DNA of 64,000 bases from Octopus bimaculoides (Eukaryota): contig NC_068994.1 in NCBI RefSeq assembly GCF_001194135.2, positions 43,816,144 through 43,880,143 of the forward strand. Reading direction: 5' to 3'. A program made the translations under genes and the position numbers. This document shows, one piece after another, positions 12,461 through 24,292 of this stretch (position 1 is the first letter of the stretch; each line of letters starts with the position of its first letter). Below the pieces are notes generated by a model, which saw only the letters and a program-made list of their open reading frames with translations, ran no database searches and was not told the origin of the DNA.

Positions 12461-12860
12461 TCTTTTCTCTTTTACTTGTTTCAGTCATTTGACTGCGGCC
12501 ATGCTGGAGCACCGCCTTTAGTCGAGTAAATCGACCCGAGGACTTATTCTTTGTAAGCCTAGTACTTATTGTATCAGTCTCTTTTGCTAAACCGCTAAGT
12601 TACGGGGACGTAAACACACCAGCATCGGTTGTCAAGCAATTTTGGGGGGAGACAAACACAGACACATAAACACACAAACATACATATGTATATATACATA
12701 TATAAATGACAGACTTCTTTCAGTTTCCGTTTACCAAATCCACTCACAAAGTTTTGGTCGGCCTGAGGCTATAGTAGAAGACGCTTGCCCAAGGTGCCAC
12801 ACAGTGGAAATGAATCCGGAACCATGTGGTTGGTAAGCAAGCTACTTACCACACAGCCAT
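12461..12860 (-). mobile_element. Full-length family B SINE, inverted relative to 11696-12115
   Basis: Reverse complement of the family B consensus along its whole length. Confidence 0.9.
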
Positions 12861-15297
12861 ACAGATAGACACACAGATTTTTTTCGCCTCCACCAGAGTC
12901 AATATTATATATTAACTTTATATAAATATCAATATATATTAAATATTAACCTTATCTAAAGCATACATATAATATAAAACTACTGAGGTATCTAATAGAT
13001 TGTGCAGGTGTTTATTTTTGTCTTTATAAATAATGTTTTTAATAGGACATTAGTTATTAATGTATTTGACAAAATACTTTATGCTTTTGAGTTATTGTCT
13101 TTTACATTCTGAATTCAAAACCTACATATGTCAAGATTACCATTTAGCCTTCTGGGTTTGTTGAAATAAGTATCAGTCAAATACTGGCATTGATTTAATG
13201 AACTGTTTCCTTCCCCAGAATTCGTGGCATTGTAGTTATTTTACTCTTTACTCTTTTACTTGTTTCAGTCATTTGACTGTGGCCATGCTGGAGCACCGCA
13301 TTTGGCCGAGCAAATCGACCCCAGGACTTATTCTTTGTAAGCCTAGTACTTATTCTAGAGGTCTCTTTTGCCAAACAGCTCAGTTACGGGGACGTAAACA
13401 CACCAGCATCTGTTGTCAAGCGATGTTGGGGGGACAAACACAGACACACAAACATATACACACACATACATATATATATATATATACATATATACGACGG
13501 GCTTCTTTCAGTTTCCGTCTACCAAATCCACTCACAAGGCTTTGGTCGGCCCGAGGCTATAGTAGAAGACGCTTGCCCAAGGTGCCACACAGTGGGACTG
13601 AACCCGGAACCATGTGGTTGGTAAGCAAGCTACTTACCACACAGCCACTCCTATGCCTCATTATTAATATTATAACTAGGGCAAAGGCAGTGAGCCAGCA
13701 GAATCATTAGCATGCTGGGCAAAATGCTTAGCGGAATTTCGACTGTCTTTTGTTCTGAGTTCAAATTCTGCTGTGGTCGACTTTGCCCGTCTTCCTTTCA
13801 TGGTCGATAAAAGAAAGTACCAGTTGAACTCTGGTGTTGATGTAGTCATCTTATTTCCTCCTCAAAACCTCCTACCCTTGTGCCAAACTTTGGAACCAAT
13901 ATTAAAAGTAGGGCAAAGGCAAGCTCAGTGATAGATTTGGTAAAGCACTAGACCAAAGAAGTTCTTGTAGTCAGTTACAAGGTTTAGCAGTTTAAATTAA
14001 AATCTTCTTGAGGTGAGTTTTTTTCCTTTCATTTTCTCAGAGTCAATAAAATTATATATTAATGAAATGAAGCGATTAATATAATACCCCAATAGGTACC
14101 TTGTGCTGATATTAGAAATGAATATTAATACTATTATCATAAGTTTTTCCTGTTCTGTCAATTTTGTTTCCATTTTTGCTAAGTGTCTTCTTGACACCTA
14201 GGGCAAAGAAACTTATTGTATACATCGAGAGGTCATTAAAATAAACTCACCAGATTGTTCGTTTACAAAATCAAATAAAATCATGAAGGAAAATAAACAT
14301 TATTTACATGGAAGGTTATCATTCTCACACTGACAATGCTCTTCTCAATACACATGGCATACTAGTTAAAACAATTTTTTTTGCCATTCTTGCAGGGCTG
14401 GTCAGCCAGGGATCATTCTCAAATAATAATAATAATAATAATAAAAAGTAGCAGCAAAAGAATGAGAACTCAATATTGGATAAATAGAGGATTATTTATG
14501 TTATAATTTAGAACAGTAAAATGATATACGTATGTATATATGCGGGAGTGTGAATGTATGCCTGTATATAGGCTTCCATACAGTTTCGATCAACCAAAGT
14601 CCACACTCACAAGGTGTTTGTTGACCCAGGACAATAGTAGAAGATATTTGCCTAAGGTGTCATGCAGTGGAACTGAACCTGCAACCATGTAGCTGCAAAG
14701 CAAACCACCTGGCAACATAGTCATGAGAATGTTCTTTTTCACTCTAGGCACAAGGCCCGATATTTTGGGGGAGGGCATCAGTCAATTACATCGACCCTAG
14801 TATACAAATGGTACTTAATTTATCAACCCCGAAAGGATGAAAGGCAAGGTCAACCTCAGTAGAATTTGAACTCCGATAGTCATGAAAATATTAACTCAAC
14901 AAACCAATTTTTTCACCTCTAAAGAAAGAAGTAAAAAAATACAAAAAATAAACATGGGCTTCTCTCAGACTTACTCATAGAAATTCTCTTTTGATTTGCA
15001 TATTCTCTCTATCTGTGGCTCTAAGCAGTTGCAGTGCATTTAAAATAATGGGATTCATTCAGTATTTGCTATGTTACAGGTTCAATTCTATATGATTTCC
15101 TGTTAGGTTTGCTGATAATAGCACCCCATACATAAAGATTATTTTGTCTAGAAGGACTTCAAATGGGTTTCATTTTTATAAGGTATTTCTCAACTTTTCA
15201 GTAATGAGATATTTACATTGGAATACACAGTTATGTATGCATGATATATATATTAACAAAAACTCATTTATATACACAAAACCCATCACTCACATAT

Positions 15298-15330
<33 letters not shown>

Positions 15331-16305
15331 CAAACACACTGATATATTAAAAAGTATCCATGAATTACAATCTCAGTATAAAATGCTAATGTCTGTGCAT
15401 ATGTATGTTTGCGTGTGTGTTAAAGTGTGCGTGTGTGCTAAAGTGTGCGTGTGTGTGTGTNNNNNNNNNNNNNNNNNNNNNNNNNNNNNNNNNNNNNNNN
15501 NNNNNNNNNNNNNNNNNNNNNNNNNNNNNNNNNNNNNNNNNNNNNNNNNNNNNNNNNNNNNNNNNNNNNNNNNNNNNNNNNNNNNNNNNNNNNNNNNNNN
15601 NNNNNNNNNNNNNNNNNNNNNNNNNNNNNNNNNNNNNNNNNNNNNNNNNNNNNNNNNNNNNNNNNNNNNNNNNNNNNNNNNNNNNNNNNNNNNNNNNNNN
15701 NNNNNNNNNNNNNNNNNNNNNNNNNNNNNNNNNNNNNNNNNNNNNNNNNNNNNNNNNNNNNNNNNNNNNNNNNNNNNNNNNNNNNNNNNNNNNNNNNNNN
15801 NNNNNNNNNNNNNNNNNNNNNNNNNNNNNNNNNNNNNNNNNNNNNNNNNNNNNNNNNNNNNNNNNNNNNNNNNNNNNNNNNNNNNNNNNNNNNATATACA
15901 CATACATATATACACAGACATACATATGCATATATGTTTATTGAAGGTAGATATATGTGTGCTATTCATCTATGAATGCATACATACACACATACTCTCT
16001 CTCTCTCACACACACACATACACACACATGCACACACACATATTTATTTATATTTATATATTTATATAATGTGCATGCTATTATGATCATGACTGTGTGT
16101 ATGTGTGTGTGTGTGTGTGCATATGAGTATGCATACCTATGCATGTGTATGTGTGTGTGAGAGAGAGAGAGAAAGTAAGAGAGAGAGAAAGTAAGAGAGA
16201 GAGAAAGAGATCTTGTACATACACAAATATACAATTTCCATAGCCACAAACATAATCAGGTATATGAAAATGGAAAAATATTGTAGAAAAAGAATAAAAA
16301 GAAAT

Positions 16306-16346
<41 letters not shown>

Positions 16347-16867
16347 CAAATAAATGTCCATGGAATAGAAATTAATTAAATATAAAAAAGTAGCGTCATT
16401 ATAGAACTACCATTATCTGGCATAACAAACACAATGGGAATGTTTTTGGTGTAATATCAAATAAATGAGAAATTCAGAACTAAAAATATTTTACCAATGA
16501 AACCTTCAACACAATGTTGGAAAGAGTATATAGATTGAAAGATTTCAAAATAGGCTGTGTTAAAAAAAGAGCATACATTATACATTATACGTATATGAAT
16601 TTCCAACAACAAACACATACAGAGATATTTAATGTTGTTGTGCTACAGAAATATGTATGTATGTTAAATGACGAATATACAAAAAATATTATTACACATG
16701 AATGTATGTATGTATGTGTGTGTGTATATATATATATGTGTGTGTGTGTCTGTGTGAGTGTATATATGTATGTATATGTATATATATTTATCTATTGATA
16801 TATACACACACACATATATATATATATATGCAATATTATAGTGTGTGTATATTTACATATATACAAG

Positions 16868-16933
<66 letters not shown>

Positions 16934-18147
16934 GATAGATAGTTAGGTACATAGATACTTATGTCTATATGCAGGTATACTTATAATGATATTATAATTA
17001 ATATATATGCGTATATATATACATATGCATACAGCCTCATATAAAGGCATATGAATTTATGTATGGGTTTATGTTTATATGTATGCATGTGTGTGTATGC
17101 ATGTGTGCAATTATACATGTATCTACATGTGTGTGTGTGTGTATATATGTAGATATACATATATATATATATATGCATGTATGTAGATATGTGTTATGTA
17201 TGTATACATCTATATGTACATCTACATATATTTATATATACATAAAAATATATACATACATACATGCATGCATATATAGACACCTAGGTTGAAAGAATAT
17301 GTGTGTATGCATGCATGTGCATGTGCATATGTGCATATCATCATATGTGCATAGGTATAGTCTAGTTTTCTGATGAATTATGCCATTTCCTGGATTAGGC
17401 AAAGTAGTTTTACTCACCTAGCAGCAACGTTTGGAAACATTGTAAAGCCAATGAATTTTTTAAAGAACAGAATTTTCTTCCTTTTGTCTTCCTTTGTCTT
17501 ATATTAATATTTGTCAATGAAAAATAGGATTCTATGTGTAACTTTATTCTTCTTCCTTCCAATGTCATGTTGCATGTGGTCCATTGTTTTACCGAGTATT
17601 TCTGCTTATGCTGTGTACAAGCACACATAAATTCATACATATACACATATATACATATATATATATATATACATAGATAGATATGTATATGCATACATTA
17701 TGAATTCTCCCATCACTAAACAACGGATGAGGGCTCTACAATTGCTTGCTGAACAACCACGCAGATGATTTTGTTTATAGTGATCAAATATCTGTGCTCA
17801 CATAAGCTCACTCCCTCCCTAGATTGAATTGGCATTGCTTGTGCAGGTGCACAAGAAGGCCATGTGTCAGATGTTGAAAGAATTGCAAAGCAGCTTACAA
17901 TGAGCACCGCTTGGTCTGAAAATTGAAACCACAATCTTGCAATCATGGGTACAACACCCTAAACACTAGGCTATGTAGCTTCATGTGCATACATGCAAAC
18001 ATACATACACACATATTTGTATGTGTGTATTAATGTATGTGTACATGTCTATATGGGTACATATATATGTGTATATATAGGTATATGTATATATATATAT
18101 ATATGTATGTATGTATATGTGTGTGTATATTTATAAATACACACACA

Positions 18148-18240
<93 letters not shown>

Positions 18241-19036
18241 TAGCAAGCACAACAATCTTTTGGACGGTTTAAGTTGCTTTAGTGGTATTTTTTTCACTAA
18301 ATAATTGAATTCCAGAGAAGGTTTATGAGTAACACGGCAATCAATGTTTCTGATTAACCTAAGAACAGAAAATCAGATTGAAGGCTGGTTATTGTGGAGG
18401 TCATTGCACTTTAATGATCATAGAGAGAACATATAAGTTTGCAAGTGATGCAAAGTAGAGTTACTGAAATGTTTTGGGAGCAGGTTACGGCTAATGACTA
18501 CAAAATATAGTTGTTTTACATAAAAGCAAAATTTCTTGTCAGAAACAGCCACACAAAGACGTTGAAACATCCCTTCTGCAAGTTTATTTTATTCGACAGC
18601 AAAGGAGCTATTTTTCAGAGAGATAAACTAACAAAAGCCCCTTTATTCTGTCTTTCCACATAGCCTGCACATAAACTAACAGCAAAAGCCGCATAAAGTT
18701 AAACTGGTATGGAGTTTTCTGAAAGATACATATAGCCTTCACTAGTGGAAGCAAAACTCTTATTTAAAGATTGATTCTTTTGGATGAATCATATGTGATT
18801 GCTTAAAAAAGGCTAGAACGACAATGCTAAAACATATTTGAAACAATGGACAACAATCAAAATATCATGATTGATGGGTAAATAAGTATCCTTAAAGTGA
18901 AATACAACAAATAGAAGAAAGAGAAGGGCACATTATCTTTCGAGTAACTCAGAATAGGTAAAGGTAAGCTTGCCAAAGTTTAATGCAGTTTAAATATGGA
19001 GATTAAGATTGTTTGGTATTGGATATTCATCACGTA

Positions 19037-19582
19037 CAGTGTTCCTAGTCAATTTAATTACTGTCACAGGTGGGCAGTCGAAATAAATAAATAGACAAAA
19101 TCCGTTCACTTTTATAAAAAGATAAAAAAGTATGGAAGACTGTACATACCAAAAAAAACTATGTCCATTTACACAGGAGCTCTAGGCAAAATGTTATAGT
19201 GCATGACCATTCTTGGGACATAAGTAATGTGTGTGTATGTGTGTAAAGTTTGATGAAAACCCAATGTGAATTATGGAAATGTATGCGTTCAGTGTGCCTA
19301 GTCAATTTAATTACAGTTGTAGGTGGAGAGCTGAAATAAATAAATAGAAAAAAATCCTTTCACTTTTATAAAAAGATTAAAATGTATGAAAGACCCTACA
19401 TACAAAAAGATGTCCATTCACGTCCATTTACGTGGGAGCTCTGGGTAAAATGTTATAGTGCATGACTATCCTTGGGATATAAGTAATGTGTGTGTAAAGT
19501 TTGGTGAAAATTGGTTGAGAATTGTGGAAAATACGCATTAATCATTATACACACACGTACTGTGATTTATAATATAGTAGAT
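19037..19582 (+). mobile_element. Diverged tandem duplication (period about 253 bp), resembling a Helentron-associated (HINE/DINE-1-like) element
   Basis: Two copies start cagtg..cctagtcaatttaattac at 19037 and 19290. The end reads aagtttggtgaaaattggttgag..cacacac..tttataatatagtagat, as in HINE-type termini I recall. Confidence 0.5.
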
Positions 19583-20109
19583 ATATATGTATATGTATAG
19601 AGTAATAAGGATTCAGATAGAACTGCACCAAGTAGGGTTGGATAAACCTGTGGTCACTTTTTACTTTCCTTTATTTTTTATCCTACTTTATCTTCGGTCC
19701 TCTCCCAGCTACCCATTTTTCTGAGCCTAGTATAATAAAATATCACCTACACCCCATCTCTAGCCTCTTAAAGAACCAGTCTAGTTGACTCCTTTTTCAC
19801 ACTGACCACTGACCATAAATATCATATTACACCCTTTCACAAACTAAATTCTTAACCTAACTCCACCGCTTAATGACCACAACAGCCAATTTTGTGGGTC
19901 ATTCTCCCATTTCATGGTAAGCCTCAACAGACTTCAGCTATGTCCCTGCTGTATTCTTCATATATTCTTTTGTTTTTGAAATTATGTTTCGTCTTATGAT
20001 TATGGTTTTTTGCAAAGAAGTAATATTCTCATTCTTCTATTTAAAAAATGTATAAGAAGCAGCTGTAATGAGCTGACAATTATTCATCATTTGTTATTAT
20101 TCATTTGAG

Positions 20110-20154
<45 letters not shown>

Positions 20155-20982
20155 NNNNNNNNNNNNNNNNNNNNNNNNNNNNNNNNNNNNNNNNNNNNNN
20201 NNNNNNNNNNNNNNNNNNNNNNNNNNNNNNNNNNNNNNNNNNNNNNNNNNNNNNNNNNNNNNNNNNNNNNNNNNNNNNNNNNNNNNNNNNNNNNNNNNNN
20301 NNNNNNNNNNNNNNNNNNNNNNNNNNNNNNNNNNNNNNNNNNNNNNNNNNNNNNNNNNNNNNNNNNNNNNNNNNNNNNNNNNNNNNNNNNNNNNNNNNNN
20401 NNNNNNNNNNNNNNNNNNNNNNNNNNNNNNNNNNNNNNNNNNNNNNNNNNNNNNNNNNNNNNNNNNNNNNNNNNNNNNNNNNNNNNNNNNNNNNNNNNNN
20501 NNNNNNNNNNNNNNNNNNNNNNNNNNNNNNNNNNNNNNNNNNNNNNNNNNNNNNNNNNNNNNNNNNNNNNNNNNNNNNNNNNNNNNNNNNNNNNNNNNNN
20601 NNNNNNNNNNNNNNNNNNNNNNNNNNNNNNNNNNNNNNNNNNNNNNNNNNNNNNNNNNNNNNNNNNNNNNNNNNNNNNNNNNNNNNNNNNNNNNNNNNNN
20701 NNNNNNNNNNNNNNNNNNNNNNNNNNNNNNNNNNNNNNNNNNNNNNNNNNNNNNNNNNNNNNNNNNNNNNNNNNNNNNNNNNNNNNNNNNNNNNNNNNNN
20801 NNNNNNNTCTTAATGAATAAAAATTCTTCTGATAGAATAAATGGGTTAATAGAAACCAATGTAGCAAAGAACACAAAATAACTGTGGTTAGCTCCTGTTT
20901 TTAAGGCAGGAACTCCTTGAAATTTTGGGTATTTGAGTATATTTAAGAATTTAAGGATTGGAGAAAATGCATGTTATAATTG

Positions 20983-21081
20983 CATACTTTATTCCTACAT
21001 ATGTTTCAAAGGATTACAACCTGTGTGATCCATAGGGATCTTTGATATTAAAATTGTAACCTTCTCATCAGGGAAAGCATG
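20983..21081 (-). ncRNA. Type-I hammerhead ribozyme (left arm; sense to the protocadherin pre-mRNA)
   Basis: Exact mirror copy of 21162-21260; neither arm mismatch falls inside the ribozyme. Predicted cleavage after the GUA at 20998-20996. Confidence 0.8.
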
Positions 21082-21161
21082 AGAATCATCTTAAACGTAA
21101 GACAATATGACCGATTATGTTTTCATAATCGGTCATAATGTCTTACGTTTAAGATGATTCT

Positions 21162-21260
21162 CATGCTTTCCCTGATGAGAAGGTTACAATTTTAATATCA
21201 AAGATCCCTATGGATCACACAGGTTGTAATCCTTTGAAACATATGTAGGAATAAAGTATG
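21162..21260 (+). ncRNA. Type-I hammerhead ribozyme (right arm of the palindrome)
   Basis: CUGAUGA at 21172-78. Stem II G79-U92 pairs with A21221-U21235 (about 14 bp, one bulge) and encloses the hairpin GAUCC-CUAU-GGAUC. GAAAC at 21236-40, palindromic ACAUAUGU helix III, GUA triplet at 21245-47. Stem I is UUCC/GGAA plus CAUGCU/AGUAUG. AATAAA at 21250-55. Confidence 0.8.
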
Positions 21261-21770
21261 CAATTATAACATGCGTTTTCTCCAATCCTTAAATTCTTAA
21301 ATATATATATATATATATAAATATAATGGGCTTCCACACAATTTCTGTCAATCACCAAATTCACTCAAAAGCCATTGTATTGGCCTGAGCTTATGATAAA
21401 TGACACTTGTCCAAAGTGCCACACAGCAGGACTGAACCCAAAATTACATGGCTGCAAGACAAGCTTCTTAACCATATAACCATACCAGCATCTACCATAT
21501 AGCCATGCTTTGCTCCATTACCATTTATATTTGTTTTGTTATTTTACTAACGTTTTACCTCTAATTTAAATTTTTTCTTTAAGTTAGCAATTCTCAATCT
21601 AGAATGTTATCAAATAAAGATATTCATCTTGCTCTATCATTCCATTTGGCCATCTCCTTCAAACGGTTTAAAAATTTACAAGTAAAATCAACTGACACCT
21701 TATGTGACCAGTCCCTTAATCATAACTTCTGGAATTCCCTAATTCCCATTAACTAACTCTCAAAATATTT

Positions 21771-21900
21771 TTCTATATATCCTCTTTGAAACCTTGCTTC
21801 AATAATCATACTCATACATTTAGAAACCTCCTTAAACGAAGTAATGAAACCTCATTGTCTTGCTTCATCTGGGAACTGAAAAATGAAATTCAACTAATAA
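21771..21900 (+). mobile_element. Decayed GIY-YIG endonuclease fragment of a Penelope-like element
   Basis: Open frame FYISSLKPCFNNHTHTFRNLLKRSNETSLSCFIWELKNE resembles the PLE endonuclease pattern YIG..FK.R.NNH..SF...N.T.LS..IW.LK. Confidence 0.6.
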
Positions 21901-22650
21901 CTTAAAACTGAAGCATTTTGTCAATATTTTATTGGATTTATTTTTTAACCAAGATATCAAGCATATGATTAATTTCTCAAGTTGAGAATTTTAAATATTT
22001 TTTCGTTTATATTGTTTACCTGATTTTTAACTTAATCCAACACTTTTTTGTTTTTAGAGCTAATCTTAAAAGCTTGTTCTTAGTTAATATGTTACCTTAC
22101 ACATTTTTGTTTATAAAAATTGAATATCAGACTCTAGTTTGGTATCTGCAGATATCATTAGCATTTTATTTCTATCTGTATATATAGTTATATATGTAGA
22201 TTTAGCTACATAAGCATACATGTATGGAAAAAAATAATAAGTAGACAACAGATGTGGTGTTCAAAGCTTTATTGGACACACACAGGTTTCATCAAAATGC
22301 CAACATAATTACACAACAGCAGTAGAAATATTATGCAATGATACTTTTCACCTCATCAATGTTTTGCTATAAATGCAACAATCGGTGTTGAAATTCAAAA
22401 TATATACATTACTCCCCATTATGCAAATAACAAACCACCTCTTATGTCACGTATTATTATAATTATATTTTTATAACTATATCTGTAAAAGAGTGAAAAT
22501 ATTTATGAAAATGAAAGCTACCGGACATGAATGGTGCCTATGCTAGAAGTAGATGTCAAATACCTACAATCCACTCTAAAAGTTGTTCTCTAAAATCAAC
22601 CACAGGTACAAACGCAAGGGAATAAGCAAGGAAATATAAAGTTATGGATA

Positions 22651-22695
22651 ATTCTATACCTCGAGATTTCATGCACTGCAATCTTCAGTAGGAAT
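22651..22695 (-). ncRNA. Degenerate hammerhead-like motif (PLE remnant)
   Basis: auuccua CUGAAGA uUGC-agu-GCAu GAAA UCUCGAGGUA uagaau: core boxes, palindromic helix III (CUCGAG), GUA triplet and partial stem I. U.U at the base of stem II is non-canonical. Confidence 0.4.
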
Positions 22696-23713
22696 ATATT
22701 TCTTGGTCATAGGCACAGGCGCCTGTCATGTCTGGTAGCCCTTATTGTAATTATATTTTTATAATTATATACATAAATTTAATTTAGATTTAAATGTTTC
22801 CATTAATGTAGACACTATCATCATCAACTATGTAATATAGTTGCTCACTTTTCACTACTGACTTACGTTTTCAATTAATCTTTTTATATGGCAACCCACA
22901 CTAATGGCTTTTAATAAACCTTCTCTTTCTACATATTGAATTTAATTTATTCAGTCTAAGTTATTTGTGTATTGTTCATATATGGACCATAACTGTCTTC
23001 TATAAATCTTTTACTGCATCTCATTTACTTTTTATCTCTCCTTCCCTCCCATATGCATTATATTTATTGAAATTTTTTGCTTTCATCTCAATGTCTGATA
23101 ACATCCCAGTTGGACCAAAACAGTCAAAACAGTTTGCAATGTAAAGCTTTCATTTTCATAAATATTTCCACTCTTCACAACTGCTTTGAGCATTTAATTA
23201 TGATAGTGACTTAATTAGTTTTTTTCAACTAACAATCTTCGAAACATTACATACATACATGCATACATGCACACATAAATACGTGCATGCATGCATTGTT
23301 GGCACTCCGTCACTTACGACGTCGAGGGTTCCAGTTGATCCGATGAATGGAACAGCCTGCTCGTGAAATTAACGTGCAAGTGGCTGAGCACTCCACAGAC
23401 ACGTGTACCCTTAACGTAGTTCTCGGGGATATTCAGCGTGACACAGTGTGACAAGGCTGACCCTTTGAATTACAGGCACAACAGAAACAGGAAGTAAGAG
23501 TGAGAGAAAGTTGTGGTGAAAGAGAGTACAGCAGGGTTCACCACCATCCCCTGCCAAAGCTTCATGGAGCTCACAACACCCGGTCTGGGAATCGAAACCG
23601 CGATCCTATGACCGCGAGTCCACTGCCCTAACCACTGTGGAGGTGCAATGCATGCATACATACATACATACATACATACATACATACATACATACATACA
23701 TACATACATACAT

Positions 23714-24292
23714 GTATCTTCCAGATATTATCTTCCAATGAGGCATAGTGCAGTGGCCGAAACAGTCTAGAACACGATGACAAAAAAGAAAACACCTACA
23801 AAGTTGACCATATGGAGATCGATGGGTCAAAAGACTATTAGAGGAACTTACAAATTAAAACAGCCACCAAATTAAAACACAACTGGCCAGATATCATTGT
23901 GGAACCACAAAGAAAGATATGTTCTGTTGTGGAAATCAGCTGCCCTCTGGACAAGAATGTGGTTAGCATAATATAAGAGAAAAAGGTCATCTATTGATAA
24001 GGAGTCTGCAAATCCAGTACTCAAGATATACTTTCAGTTTCAAACCTATCATTATTGGAATAACAGGATACATACCAACCTGTCTGGAACAAAGTATGGC
24101 TGAACTTGGGATCTTGGGGAGAGAATACAAATCATTAATTCAAATGCTACAAATGATCGCAATATTTGGAACTATAAAAATCTACAAGGCTTTCTTAAGA
24201 TTTTAAAGGATGATGAACAAAACAAGATACTTTCCTTCACAACCTTACTACCAAGGAGATGGCCAGTCAAAATTTACTCTAAAATTAAAAAG
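23714..24292 (+). mobile_element. Decayed RLE-type non-LTR retrotransposon 3' end (third family), between (CATA)n and (AG)/(CA)/(CATA)n
   Basis: YLPMRHSAVAETV..IKTATKLKHNWPDIIV..ICSVVEISCPLDKNV..LIRSLQIQYSRYTFSFKPIIIGITGYIP..LQMIAIFGTIKIYKAFLRF*: RH, PD, E.SCP and PIIIG motifs. Confidence 0.75.

Larger units (their letters stand above)
20938..21305. repeat. Near-perfect palindrome: 182-bp arms, 4-nt TTTT loop, 2 mismatches; Penelope-like pLTR fold-back
   Basis: 20938-21119 is the reverse complement of 21124-21305 (centre ...GACCGATTATG tttt CATAATCGGTC...). The differences are gacaatatg/gacattatg and aaaatgcatg/aaaacgcatg. Confidence 0.97.
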
